Below, piece after piece: positions 22,518 through 34,490 of a stretch of DNA of 64,000 bases (position 1 is the stretch's first letter; every line of letters begins with the position of its first letter). The notes below the pieces were generated by a model that was given only the letters and a program-made list of their open reading frames with translations, was not told the DNA's origin and did not search any database. The position numbers were made by a program, and so were the translations under genes. This DNA comes from Candidatus Bathyarchaeota archaeon. GTDB taxonomy: Archaea > Thermoproteota > Bathyarchaeia > 40CM-2-53-6. The stretch spans positions 1-64,000 of the forward strand of contig CAVPLU010000003.1 in NCBI GenBank assembly GCA_963706285.1, given 5' to 3'.

Positions 22518-23197
22518 GCTACGCCAAGCTCCTTGTACAGTGACCTCAGCTCATCGATCGGAATCTGCCCCGGTGCAGTCTCCAGGCCAGGACGGAATGA
22601 AGCAAATGTGAAATAGCCTCCAAAGAGCGGAGATAGAACTCTCGACGAGATCCCATGCTTCCCCATGCAGAAGCAAACCAACTTCGCCTCCGTGGCATAT
22701 TTTTCGACGAATTTCAGGCACCGAAGGCTATCCCTGTAGCTTCTGGCGGTGCAGACTATCTTGCAGATATCTGCGCCTGCCCGTCTTTCCTTCTCGAGAA
22801 TGGATTTCAGTGTAGATTCGGTGGGAGTGAGCTTTGAGTTGTGGTGTGAGATGATTATCTCTGCCCCATCTTCTCTAACGTTGTGAATCACTCTGCGGTC
22901 ATCCTTTGAAGTCAATTCGATATCAACATAGTCGAAGCCTTCTCGGGCTGCGCTCATCAGGGTCTCAAGTCTATTCTGTTGTGTGCCAGAGAAGTGGCCG
23001 CCTTGTGTCTTGCTTCGATTTGTGGCGATCAACGGTCGTTCGGTGGCATCCCTAATCATGGAGAACGAAGATGCCGACTTCATCAAGTCGAATCGTAATT
23101 CAATGAGATCTGGATCATGCCGATCCAACAATCGAACGGATCTGGCCGCTTTCTTGACATTCTTCTCCATTACTGGGACGCAAATCCTCGGCCGCAT
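22514..23197 (-). CDS. aroD: Type I 3-dehydroquinate dehydratase
   Basis: IELRFD, YVDIEL, IISHH, ADICKIV, MGKHGISSR, APGQ. Confidence 0.92.
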   Translation of the reverse strand: MRPRICVPVMEKNVKKAARSVRLLDRHDPDLIELRFDLMKSASSFSMIRDATERPLIATNRSKTQGGHFSGTQQNRLETLMSAAREGFDYVDIELTSKDDRRVIHNVREDGAEIIISHHNSKLTPTESTLKSILEKERRAGADICKIVCTARSYRDSLRCLKFVEKYATEAKLVCFCMGKHGISSRVLSPLFGGYFTFASFRPGLETAPGQIPIDELRSLYKELGVA

Positions 23198-23346
23198 CAA
23201 TGCTCTTCACTCCAAGAGGCGATCATTGTGGAGAGTGCGTCCAATGCGACGTTGGGCGGAATCTGATCGATCAGGAAAACCTCGCCCGTAGTCTTGCGTA
23301 GCACCAACCGAACGCGCAGAGACACTCTCTTCTTGTCACTGTTCAA
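23197..23346 (-). CDS. Small hypothetical protein (49 aa) possibly translationally coupled to aroD
   Basis: Hand translation from TTG: MNSDKKRVSLRVRLVLRKTTGEVFLIDQIPPNVALDALSTMIASWSEEH; its TGA overlaps the aroD ATG (TGATG). Confidence 0.45.
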   Translation of the reverse strand: MNSDKKRVSLRVRLVLRKTTGEVFLIDQIPPNVALDALSTMIASWSEEH

Positions 23347-23654
23347 CCGGACAACAGTCTCACTTGATCGATCGGACTATCTAATCTCAACGCATTGAAA
23401 TCCTTTCTTGAGCCTTGCGTCAACCTGACGTACAGCGAGCAAGGCTTGGAGAAGCGAACGCCCTTGAGTCTCAGCCGCCTTTCGTGTGGCAACCATTGAC
23501 TACGACCTATCGGACCAAAGTGAGGCGCTCAGCCTCTACCGGAAGGAAAATGATCAAATGCACACGCCAAACAAGAAGCCTAGAGATAGAAACCCAGGAT
23601 ACAACTACTGGACTGCAGAATCCTTTTCATATTCGTCTGTTTTCATGGACGGCG

Positions 23655-23763
23655 GGGCCCGTAGCTCAGTCAGGTAGAGCACCGGAGAAGCACGTTCGGT
23701 GAAGCTTTTACCTGTACGGAGGAGACCCGGGGGTCCCGGGTTCAATTCCCGGCGGGCCCGCCA
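23655..23763 (+). tRNA. tRNA-Lys(UUU) with two introns (30/31: 23686-23703; 37/38: 23711-23724) and encoded CCA
   Basis: Acceptor GGGCCCG/CGGGCCC, D-arm GCTC/GAGC, T-arm CCGGG-TTCAATT-CCCGG; removing both introns gives CCGGG-CTTTTAA-CCCGG. Confidence 0.9.
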
Positions 23764-23813
23764 TATTACACAACAATGATAGACGAGATTTCAATCGCCT
23801 TTCTGTCTATGAT

Positions 23814-23852
23814 GGTTCAAATTGGATGCCCGCACCAAGTGTACCGCTACCA
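23814..23852 (+). repeat. Modular site, first copy
   Basis: GGTTCAAATTGGATGCC-CGCACCAAGTGTAC-CGCTACC; core 23831-23844. Confidence 0.8.
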
Positions 23853-26278
23853 CGAGTAGCGATCGAGAATAGTCTGCGTAATGCGGTTTCTGGCGAGGGC
23901 TTCTTGGCTGATGTTTGCGGATCACAATTCCGAAAGCGTGGATATCACTGCGACGTGCATCGACTAGCAGTGACCGATGACCGAGAGCGTGTTGACCTGT
24001 GTTCACGGTGGAACTGCATGAGACCAGAGGTTGAGATGTGCGTCATCTCGGATATACTTAGAAGCATCGAACGCGTACGCGTCTAGACTCTGGCACGATG
24101 CCAAGACTAACGCAGATCCGAGAACATGGCCAAAGATTGAGGTATTGCAGAAACTCGTATGAGATTGGAGCTTGTATTCATCGGCAGATGTATATGACGG
24201 ATCGACGAATGCAGTAGGACTCGGAGTAACCTCTGGCTCAGAATCTACGACGGCCTGCATCTTGCCAAGGCAGTGATCTATGCAGACGATAGGATACAAT
24301 CACTGTTCGAACGTGAAGCTCCACGTGCTTCGATGCTTGCGAGTCTGGTCAATTGGCACCGATCGTTCGAATGGACCTTCGGAAGAGCTCGCAAGGCTAC
24401 GGGATCATCCCTCGTCATGGGAGCTCCGAGACAGAGTTCGCGTAGATCGCACGAACGCGAGGATTTCACAAGCATGATGAAGTACCAAAGATGCAGGTGC
24501 CTCGCAACGGCGCGACCTGACCTTCAAGGAGCTGATCTAGATGCGTCGGCTATGAAGACGATATTGGCAAGGAGATTGATGGTGAACCGCCAGCCTTGGC
24601 TCATACTGGAAGTCAGCGACAGGATTCCCGGGATCTGAGGTCGGCAGTCTCGGAGAAAACGTGCAACACAGTCGTGATATGTAGCCTCAGATTTGAACCA
24701 GAGTTTCGAAGCGAAGTCAGGATTTAGGAGTTCTGATGCAACCAACTTGACTCACAGGGCACGAGCTAACCGAACTCGCCACAGCTAGACAAGGCATCAT
24801 GCACAGGTGAAGCTACGGTTCGTCCTCGATTGCGGCATTCTACAGATCTCTGAGCAGTTGTACTGCTCTGTTGTTCATTCAACGATGAGTCCAGGTTCGA
24901 GCTGATCGCTGTTGGATGCTGTCTCAACTATGCGACAGGAGGACATTCCAAGTTCGTCATGATCGCACGAAGCATCTATGCCATTAGTGCCAATGCGTAA
25001 TCCCAGAATGACGCTATGGAAGCGAGTCTGGAACGAGGTTCTGTTTACGCATGCAGCGGCCTATGTCGAAAGTCTTGAGACACGCTTCGAGGTAAGTGGA
25101 TCTCTCTCCACTTCATCTCAGTGCTCACGGCAGTTCACGTCAGCGGTCATCCAGGGCTGCGCATCTCAAGTTGTTCTGACTGACGACGGAATAGGGAGAC
25201 GCCACTGACAAGCCCAGGAGCGATCAAATCTGGAACAACCCGGCGTAGACCGCATCAATTGCTCAACCGTCAACAGCCAAGCAATTCCCCACGTCATGCA
25301 AGATGACTATCTATGACGCCGAATGACTAGTCAGACTGGAGCCAGTACGGTGCATGAGCAGAGGTCGCTCGGGTTGCTCCTCGTCTTGGTTCCATGACTG
25401 AACCTTGACCTATCGCATGGCAGCAAACTGCGCAGTTTCCACGACCAACCAGCTGGGGGACTTGCGGAGCACACGAATGCTGAGCCCGTTGAGACGAACC
25501 TTACTTGGACTAACCGTCGCAATCTCGCAAGATGGCGGCATACTACGTCGCGACGATGGGGTTAACGAGCGTGTAGCCTTCCGAGCTGATGAGCCCGACG
25601 ACAGTCATCGAATGGCGTTTCATGATAGACGTACAAGAATCGTCAACGACAAAGTCCTTGCAGGACGCAAATCAGCATGAGTGATACGAACGTCGGCGAT
25701 ACGAGTTACATGATGCAGACGAATCTGCGTCGTCAGTGTACCAAGGCTGCCTTCCGCAATGAAACTTAGACACGCACGGTAAACGTACTGCAGATCGCGT
25801 CCAGTGTAACCGGCGACGAGTTCAGTTGGCATATTGCACCTTCAAGCATTGGAGGATCAAGACGGCGTTTTGATCTCGAGGTACTTGAACGGATTTATGG
25901 GCACCAGGGTCTCCTGAGTACGTGCTTAATGTTCGACAGATTCCTGAAAGAAACTACACGTTGGAGGCGCCGTGCACCTATGTTCCGGAATATCTGTCCC
26001 CAAGGCGCCATTTTGCTTACGCATCAGGTCGCAAGCATCATGAATGCGTTTTAGGACGCTGACTTCGAGTCAAGGTCCTCCTACAGCCAAAGGAACTTGA
26101 ACTGGCAGTTCAGATCTGTGACCGCGCGAATTTACCGACGACGAACCTCTTATACGGACTGGAACTCTTGCCCAACCAGCTGACCACCGACTGAACCAGC
26201 CGTCTAGGGTCCGCTTCGGATCATCTGTAGTTTGCAGTTGCGCAGACCACGCTTCAGAAGCCCTCGAAGACGTTTATG

Positions 26279-28453
<2,175 letters not shown>

Positions 28454-28546
28454 TCAAACGACGCCGTTGTCAGGCAATATTAGAATTGTGCCAGATAGAT
28501 ACGAGAGCTAGGAGTGAGAGATGAATTGGTGAGCTCGCTAATTCTT

Positions 28547-28660
28547 GGTGGTGGGTCCCTTGGTGCGTCCGCGACGACGAAAACTGACGGTTCAATTTGG
28601 GTGCCCGCGCTAAATGTACCACACACACAAATTACCTGAACGTCAACGGTTCAAATTTCA
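28547..28660. repeat. Modular site cluster (cores 28554-28567 inverted, 28606-28619)
   Basis: GGTGGTG-[rc CGCACCAAGGGACC]-..CGACGACG, then GGTTCAATTTGGGTGCC-CGCGCTAAATGTAC-CACACACAC. Confidence 0.8.
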
Positions 28661-29084
28661 GTGCAGTATTGGCCGCTACAACCAATTTCCTTAGCCAATT
28701 GAATCATCGGCATTGATTCCTAGGTTTGAATTCCATTTAACAGCGTTGTTGTGACAGAACTCGATATTCATCCTGCCCACCATCACTACAATAGCTAAGA
28801 GCTACTGCCAGGATAGTTCTTGATTGCGAAAACCGAAAGTTGGTCGTCGCGAAGGCTTTCCAGTTCCCACGGTAAATTCGTCATTGGTGTTGCGGTTCCG
28901 AACGCTACCCATGATGGAGCAGCAGTTCCTCCAGTAGTTCTCTGAACGGCGTTGGCGACATTCTTTCCGAGCTTCTCTTCAAGATAAGTCAGATCGTCTG
29001 GCTGAGTGGTCGCCCCCAGCAGGAAAGTTTGAATCTGCAGATCACTGCTTAGTTAGGCCCTGGAAGTACAGAGAGGAGAGCACG

Positions 29085-29429
29085 ATGAGCAACGAACAGG
29101 TGGCACCTGAGACGAAAGGTGTTACGGTGAAGTTGCTTGCAACGGTTGACCTTGGCCCTGAGATCGAGGGCATGGCAGGGCGCCAACTTCGAATGCGTAT
29201 GGTGACCATCGAGCCTGGAGGCGTCTTCGGCCCGATTCACGACCATAAAGACAGACCAGGCACCGTCTACATACTGCAAGGAACGATCACTGACCATCGA
29301 AATGGAGTCGCTACGGTCTATGGGCCGGGAGTGGGCTGGCCCGAGGATAGGAACACCACACACTGGCTTGAGAACAGAGGAACGATTCCGGCGGTGGAGA
29401 TCTCGGTCGACATAGTCAGGCAAGAGTAA
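29085..29429 (+). CDS. Cupin domain protein
   Basis: VTIEPGG..HDHKDRPGTVYILQGTI..GPG...THWLENRG; SD GAGGAG. Confidence 0.85.
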   Translation: MSNEQVAPETKGVTVKLLATVDLGPEIEGMAGRQLRMRMVTIEPGGVFGPIHDHKDRPGTVYILQGTITDHRNGVATVYGPGVGWPEDRNTTHWLENRGTIPAVEISVDIVRQE

Positions 29430-29543
29430 GCTCAGGTCCTCTGGTTCATACTACTGGGACTCACACTACTCACCGATCTTCGGATGGATGTTCACTGCGT
29501 GTCCGGGACTACTGAACTTTGCAGTTGTCGTTCGTCGTTGAAA

Positions 29544-29665
29544 GTGTGCGTGGTATCAGTGGTGCGAGCATCGCAAATTGAACTGTGTGTTTGCGCACCA
29601 AGCTACCCACACGCCACACAACACAAAATTCCAAAACCACGAACAACGACGATTCAGATCCGGAT
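29544..29665. repeat. Modular site cluster (cores 29553-29566 minus, 29594-29607 plus)
   Basis: rc GTTCAATTTGCGATGCT-CGCACCACTGATAC-CACGCAC back-to-back with TGTGTGTTTG-CGCACCAAGCTACC-CACAC. Confidence 0.8.
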
Positions 29666-29892
29666 GCTCGACTCCACCAAGGGCCATTGGGTATCTGCTT
29701 GCCCCCAAAGAGAACTATGTTGATTCTTGCGTGAAGAGTTGAGTACTCTTTCCCAGTCCCTACTGACATCCATCATGTTCCGGATTTGTCGACATCCGTA
29801 CAAGGAACGTGCTCTGTGACATCAATTCGGGACCGCATCACGAGACAATCTTAATTATCCTGTCTCTACCAGCAAAAGTGGTTTGATGAACC

Positions 29893-30973
29893 ATGGTTGA
29901 ATTAGACTTCGGTGGCACAGTAGAAAATGTCATCACAAGAAAAGAGTTCACGATTAAGCAAGCCCAAGAAGTCTTGAAGGGCGAAGTTATCGCCACTCTC
30001 GGGTACGGCATCCAGGGTCGAGCTCAAGCCCTGAACATGCGGGACAACGGGATAAAAGTCATTGTTGGACAAGAGAAAGGCATTCACACCTCTTACTATG
30101 ATTCAGCTGTTGGGGACGGGTGGGTTCCAGACGAGACACTGTTTCCGATGGAAGAGGCTGCACGACGGGCAACCATCAAGATGTTTCTGCTCACAGACGC
30201 AGGACAGAGAGCAGACATGGCCCGTAGTTCGAGGAACTCTGAAGGAAGGCGACGCACTGTATTTCTCACACGGATTCTCCATAGTCTACGGAAACATAAC
30301 AGATGTCATCCCGCCGAAAAACGTCGATGTGATCTTGGTCGCCCCGAAGGGCTCCGGCACATCCGTTAGACGAAACTTCCTCGAAGGTAGCGGCATAAAC
30401 AGCAGCTTCGCCGTTCATCAAGACCACACAGGGAGAGCCTACAACCGAGTAAAGGCCATGGGCATCGCCATAGGCTCAGGCTACCTTTTCCCCACGACCT
30501 TCGAACGCGAAGTGTACAGCGATTTGACAGGCGAAAGAGGCGTATTGATGGGCGCCATAGCAGGAATAATGGAAGCCCAATACAACACACTTAGAGAGCA
30601 CGGACACAGCCCAAGCGAAGCCTTCAACGAAACCGTGGAGGAACTAACCCAAAGCCTCATCAGACTAGTTGATGAGAACGGTATGGACTGGATGTTCAAC
30701 AACTGCAGCGAAACCGCCCGCATAGGCGCGTTGCGATGGAGAAAACGCTTCCGCGACAACACCAAACCACTCTTCGACTCACTATACGAACTTGTAGTCG
30801 CGGGCGAAGAAACCCGCATAGTCCTTGAGAAAAGCAACGCGCCAGACTACAGACAGAAACTCGCGGAAGAACTCAAAGCCATGGGTGACTCCGAACTCTG
30901 GAGAGCAGGCGCCACAGTCCGATCCTTGCGACCGCAAAAAACGGGTTCAAATTCAAAGGCCCGCACCAGCTGA
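29893..30973 (+). CDS. ilvC: Ketol-acid reductoisomerase, Bacteroidetes/fungal-like long type (frameshift near 30210)
   Basis: LGYGIQGRAQALNMRDNG, YFSHGFS, VAPKGSG, SDLTGERGVLMGA, SPSEAFNETVEE. Confidence 0.9.
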
Positions 30974-30986
30974 CCCACACACAATT
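30944..30986 (+). repeat. Modular site overlapping the ilvC stop (core 30962-30975)
   Basis: GGTTCAAATTCAAAGGCC-CGCACCAGCTGACC-CACACACAATT. Confidence 0.85.
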
Positions 30987-30998
30987 CAAAGTCCAAAT

Positions 30999-31600
30999 TT
31001 AGACCCTTAGCGAGCCACGGAACGCCCTAACGCCATAGAAAGAGGGCGCACTGTTATGATACACGAAGACATGGCCGTAGCGGCGATCAGCAAAGAGGGC
31101 GCCGCCGAGTTTTCTAATATCAGAAGGTGTTTTCACCCAGCTCGACGTCTTCGTATCGAAATTTCCAAGTTTCTGCAACTCTCGATATTGTTCTTCCGTT
31201 AAAAGCTCAATGCCCATGGCAGCTGCCATATCAATAGCGTTATCTTCTGGTTGCACCCTTGCTTTTCCCTTGCCTCCTGCCCTTCACGGTCGTAACAAAC
31301 ATTTCTGCGGCCTTTAGGACTTTCCGCTGAACAATCATAAAAAATGTATTCGCCCGTCTTTTTATCATGACCAACAACATCCGGTTCACCGCCAGTTCTT
31401 TCCATTTCATTGAGTGACCACAGTTTTTCAGTATTAGCTTCCAGCTTTGCTTGTACTTTAGCCCATTCAAGACCTTTATGGCGGTTCATGTTTTTCTCAA
31501 AACGGGCTTTCAATGCTCTGAGTAGTTCTTCACGTTGTTCTGGTGACAACTCTTTTTTGAATGCAGTAATTGATGGCTTGCGCATAATCATAGTATTCAT
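30999..31600 (-). CDS. DUF4256 family protein (frameshift near 31260)
   Basis: LKARFEKNMNRH, MERTGGEPDV, SAESPKGRR, FDTKTSSW, LGGALFADRRY; visibly AT-richer than neighbours. Confidence 0.8.
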
Positions 31601-31869
31601 CCTGAGTTTATAAAATCATCTATGCAGGGTGACGTTTACTTTACAACTCATTGATTGAGAGTTCTCACCTCTAGATTCTATTTCAACATAGATTCAAGAA
31701 CTTTCTTCTAACATATCTCAGCATAGATCTATGCGTAGAAAGATTAGACTAAGGCGTTTCCTGTAACAGTATAATTCTATTGCACATGTTTCTAGCCTAG
31801 AATTCTAGGTATAAGACATTGACTTCTATCGTCTAGGCGTCGTCCGTGGCAGGAATAGGCGTTGAAAAT

Positions 31870-31901
31870 GTGTGTGTGCGCACCAAGGGTACCACACACA
31901 C
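31870..31901 (+). repeat. Modular site, symmetric form (core 31879-31892)
   Basis: GTGTGTGTG-CGCACCAAGGGTAC-CACACACAC, perfect 9-bp inverted arms. Confidence 0.88.
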
Positions 31902-32107
31902 GTGCGAAAGCGTTTCACGGTAACGTCAACTCGGAATCTCAGAACATCTGGGTCATGTTCCTATCTCTTTCTCTCGTGGTGAACTCTCTTGCTTTTGACA
32001 GATCCAATTGCCTGAATGAAGCATATATTCCAAGAATTCCGGCATCCCGCTAACCAGGAGAATGAGAGAGTTGATATTTCGCCATTAGTGGATTTGACTG
32101 ATTTCAC

Positions 32108-32560
32108 ATGTATCGAGAATGGGTACCCGTCGGCAGACTCGTTCTGGCATTAACACTATTCTTCATTGGCCTTAGCGTATTCATTGTGGCCGCAAGCATA
32201 GTTGCCGGAGAATCATCGGACATAGGTATAGGCACAACTCTGGTTCCTGTTATGTTCATCCTCGCGATCTTATGGAACTTCCGCGGCTTACGGATAGAGA
32301 TCGATGATATTGGGGTGACGGTCAAGTATGGCATGCTGAACAGTAAGCGCATTCTTTTTGATGAGATAGTCTCATGTGAACCAGTAGAATCCACATTCGG
32401 TAAGTATCTAGGGGTAGGGATCAGATATGGTAGAGACGGCTCATTTGCGTACACCACATCTTTCGGTTCAGCGGTGAAGATAAGTACGAAAGAGGGACGG
32501 CCCTTCGTCTTCTCTACACACCATCCTGAAGACGTCTGCAGAGCTATCTTGAACGAATAG
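32108..32560 (+). CDS. Membrane protein with C-terminal PH-like domain
   Basis: Two TM helices then IEIDDIGVTVKYG..RILFDEI..GVGIRY..FVFSTHHPE. Confidence 0.7.
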   Translation: MYREWVPVGRLVLALTLFFIGLSVFIVAASIVAGESSDIGIGTTLVPVMFILAILWNFRGLRIEIDDIGVTVKYGMLNSKRILFDEIVSCEPVESTFGKYLGVGIRYGRDGSFAYTTSFGSAVKISTKEGRPFVFSTHHPEDVCRAILNE

Positions 32561-32587
32561 AATTCTCTTGAATTCGCCATTTTTCAG

Positions 32588-32795
32588 GTGGTGGTGCGCA
32601 CCAGCTGACCCGACGACGAACACCCCTCCTATGACGGTTCAAATTTGGGTGCCCACGCTAAGCGTACCGACGACGAAAACACGCCACTCCCATGCAGGTT
32701 CAAATCTGACTGCCCGACCCAATTGTACCGACGACGCAAAGCGCCCCTCCCATACGACGTCCAGTTCTTCGATGACCGCACCAGGGAACAACAAT
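32588..32795 (+). repeat. Tandem array of four modular sites, period about 61 bp (cores 32597, 32654, 32715, 32777)
   Basis: Unit GGTTCAAAT-N5-TGCC-core-CGACGACG-AAA-CGCCCCTCC-CAT repeated. Confidence 0.88.
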
Positions 32796-32885
32796 TCGGC
32801 CGAGTATCGCAAGTCAGTCCAGGCAAAGCGACTTCATAGGAAGAACTCAACTGACAGTAAACGTACTAGGCTTTTTATGTGGTGA

Positions 32886-33332
32886 ATGAATTTGCCTGAG
32901 AGGGATATTCCACTGCCCACGTCTCCGAACGAAAACATGAAGTCTCCCCCGTTTTTTGCTGCACATGATTTCATTGTTACCCATTACAAGGACTATAGCA
33001 TCTGGCTCTCGACTTTCGGTAGAAAGACCTGCAAACCACGACTCGTTCAAATATGGTTCGCCTTTGTGAACGATCATTTCTACGTATTTTCACGCGGTGG
33101 GCTTGGCTCTCAATGGGCCAAGAACGTCTTGAAGAACAACAGGGTGATCGTGAACCTTGCAGGAAAAGCCTTCCTTGGCACAGCTCGCCCGCTACGGGAC
33201 AATGACATGCGCGATGAAATCTACAAGTACTACAAAGGAAAATACAGGTTCTATCCCCAGACGTACATATTTTCTTGGAAGAAGAGAGTCCTGTTTGAAA
33301 TCGAACTTGAAGGGCTAGCTGACCTCACTTAA
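32886..33332 (+). CDS. Deazaflavin-dependent nitroreductase-like / split-barrel protein
   Basis: LSTFGRKTCKPRLVQIWF...SQWAKNVLKNNRV; true start probably further downstream. Confidence 0.65.
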   Translation: MNLPERDIPLPTSPNENMKSPPFFAAHDFIVTHYKDYSIWLSTFGRKTCKPRLVQIWFAFVNDHFYVFSRGGLGSQWAKNVLKNNRVIVNLAGKAFLGTARPLRDNDMRDEIYKYYKGKYRFYPQTYIFSWKKRVLFEIELEGLADLT

Positions 33333-33400
33333 GGATAATGAAATCATCACACGACTCCCTCAAGACGTGTTGACAGTAGGGCAAACCTTGACAATCTGCA

Positions 33401-33510
33401 TGTGTGCGGATCGCTTGGTGATCGACGACGACGCACACTTCACGCGCGGCGACGACGAAAACGCCCCTCATGTCGGGTTCAAATCTTGCTGCCCGCGCGG
33501 TACCGACAGC
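33401..33510. repeat. Modular site cluster
   Basis: TGTGTG-[inverted core]-CGACGACG ... CGACGACGAAAACGCCCCTCATGTC-GGGTTCAAATCTTGCTGCC-CGCGCGGTAC. Confidence 0.75.
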
Positions 33511-33669
33511 TTGGCAAGCTGTACGGGGGGTAATATTGCCGACTCTCGCAAGGGTTGAAGAATGTTTGGTCGTGCCACGTCGTCCTGTATGCTGAGTGGG
33601 GTCGTGAGATAGTTGATCGCTCAGCGAGGTTGCTTGTGGTTGCGTTTCTTGAGGTCTCGACTGTGATGC

Positions 33670-34488
33670 TTGCTCCAGAGCTACTCATCGCCAACTCGAG
33701 TAGGGCTTGAGCCAAGTGTCAACTCATCTCCACGAGGCGTCTTCTGGACACTCGTCAAGGAGGTCTTCTGGTCTCACTTCACACGGCGAGGATCAGTGGC
33801 GGCGGGCATGAGAATGGTTGCCCGTTCTGAATCCTGCTACCGGGTATTCAACGAGTGGAGCGTACCCACAGGCAGCGGAGCTGGATTTGGGATCTTTGTT
33901 GATGCTGGCTTCGTCTACTTCACGCAGGGCTATTACAACAAGATTGGGCGCTTGAGTGATATCGGTCCTGGCACTACGATTTATGCCAACTTGATTAGCA
34001 CTTCAGTTGCGACTTTAAGTCAGGTATCGACTGCGACAGGCACCTTCTTCTCAGCGGTCACCACGACGAGTGTGACCGCAAGCACAACGTCTGTGAGCCA
34101 CTCAACTGCCAGCGTCGCAACATCGCTGTCAGATGTTTTCCAAGCGCCGTACAGGACGACCACAGTGTCATATGTAACGAGCATTGCGATCATTGACGGT
34201 ACGTCGACGATTTACTCGACAATGGCCACGGTAAGCACGGTTGGAACCAGCACGTTAACCTCGTTCACCACTTCAACGACTACTTCTGGCGGAACCATAA
34301 TGCAGTTTGTAACTGAGACCCATACTGTATACGCGTACTTGCTGATGATACATAAGGCAATTGCACCTGTAGGCGGCTTCATCGAATCCGTCAACAAGCT
34401 CATGCTGCTTGTGTCGTGGCTTGCAGTCATCGGTGCAGTCGCTTGCATCGGCACCGTAGTCATGATCGTGAAGAAGCGTCGTCCGTAG
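33670..34488 (+). pseudogene. 5'-truncated Ser/Thr-rich surface protein with a Vgb-like repeat remnant and C-terminal TM anchor
   Basis: NEWSVPTGS..FGIFVD..VYFTQ..NKIGRL, long Thr/Ser tract, PVGG..TM..KKRR; no credible N-terminus. Confidence 0.55.
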
Positions 34489-34490
34489 TT

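Noticed and set aside
23200-23420. Aromatic-rich leader peptide for the aro operon, parallel to the ilv leader
   Set aside because: No Phe/Tyr/Trp-rich uORF found; the small ORF present has only one Phe and one Trp
30944-30986. Additional tRNA genes at GGTTCAAAT...CCA motifs
   Set aside because: No T-stem pairing, D-arm or 5' acceptor strand; only the 3'-end spacing is kept
32588-32795. CRISPR array
   Set aside because: Units are degenerate along their whole length, there is no identical repeat with unique spacers, and no cas genes are present
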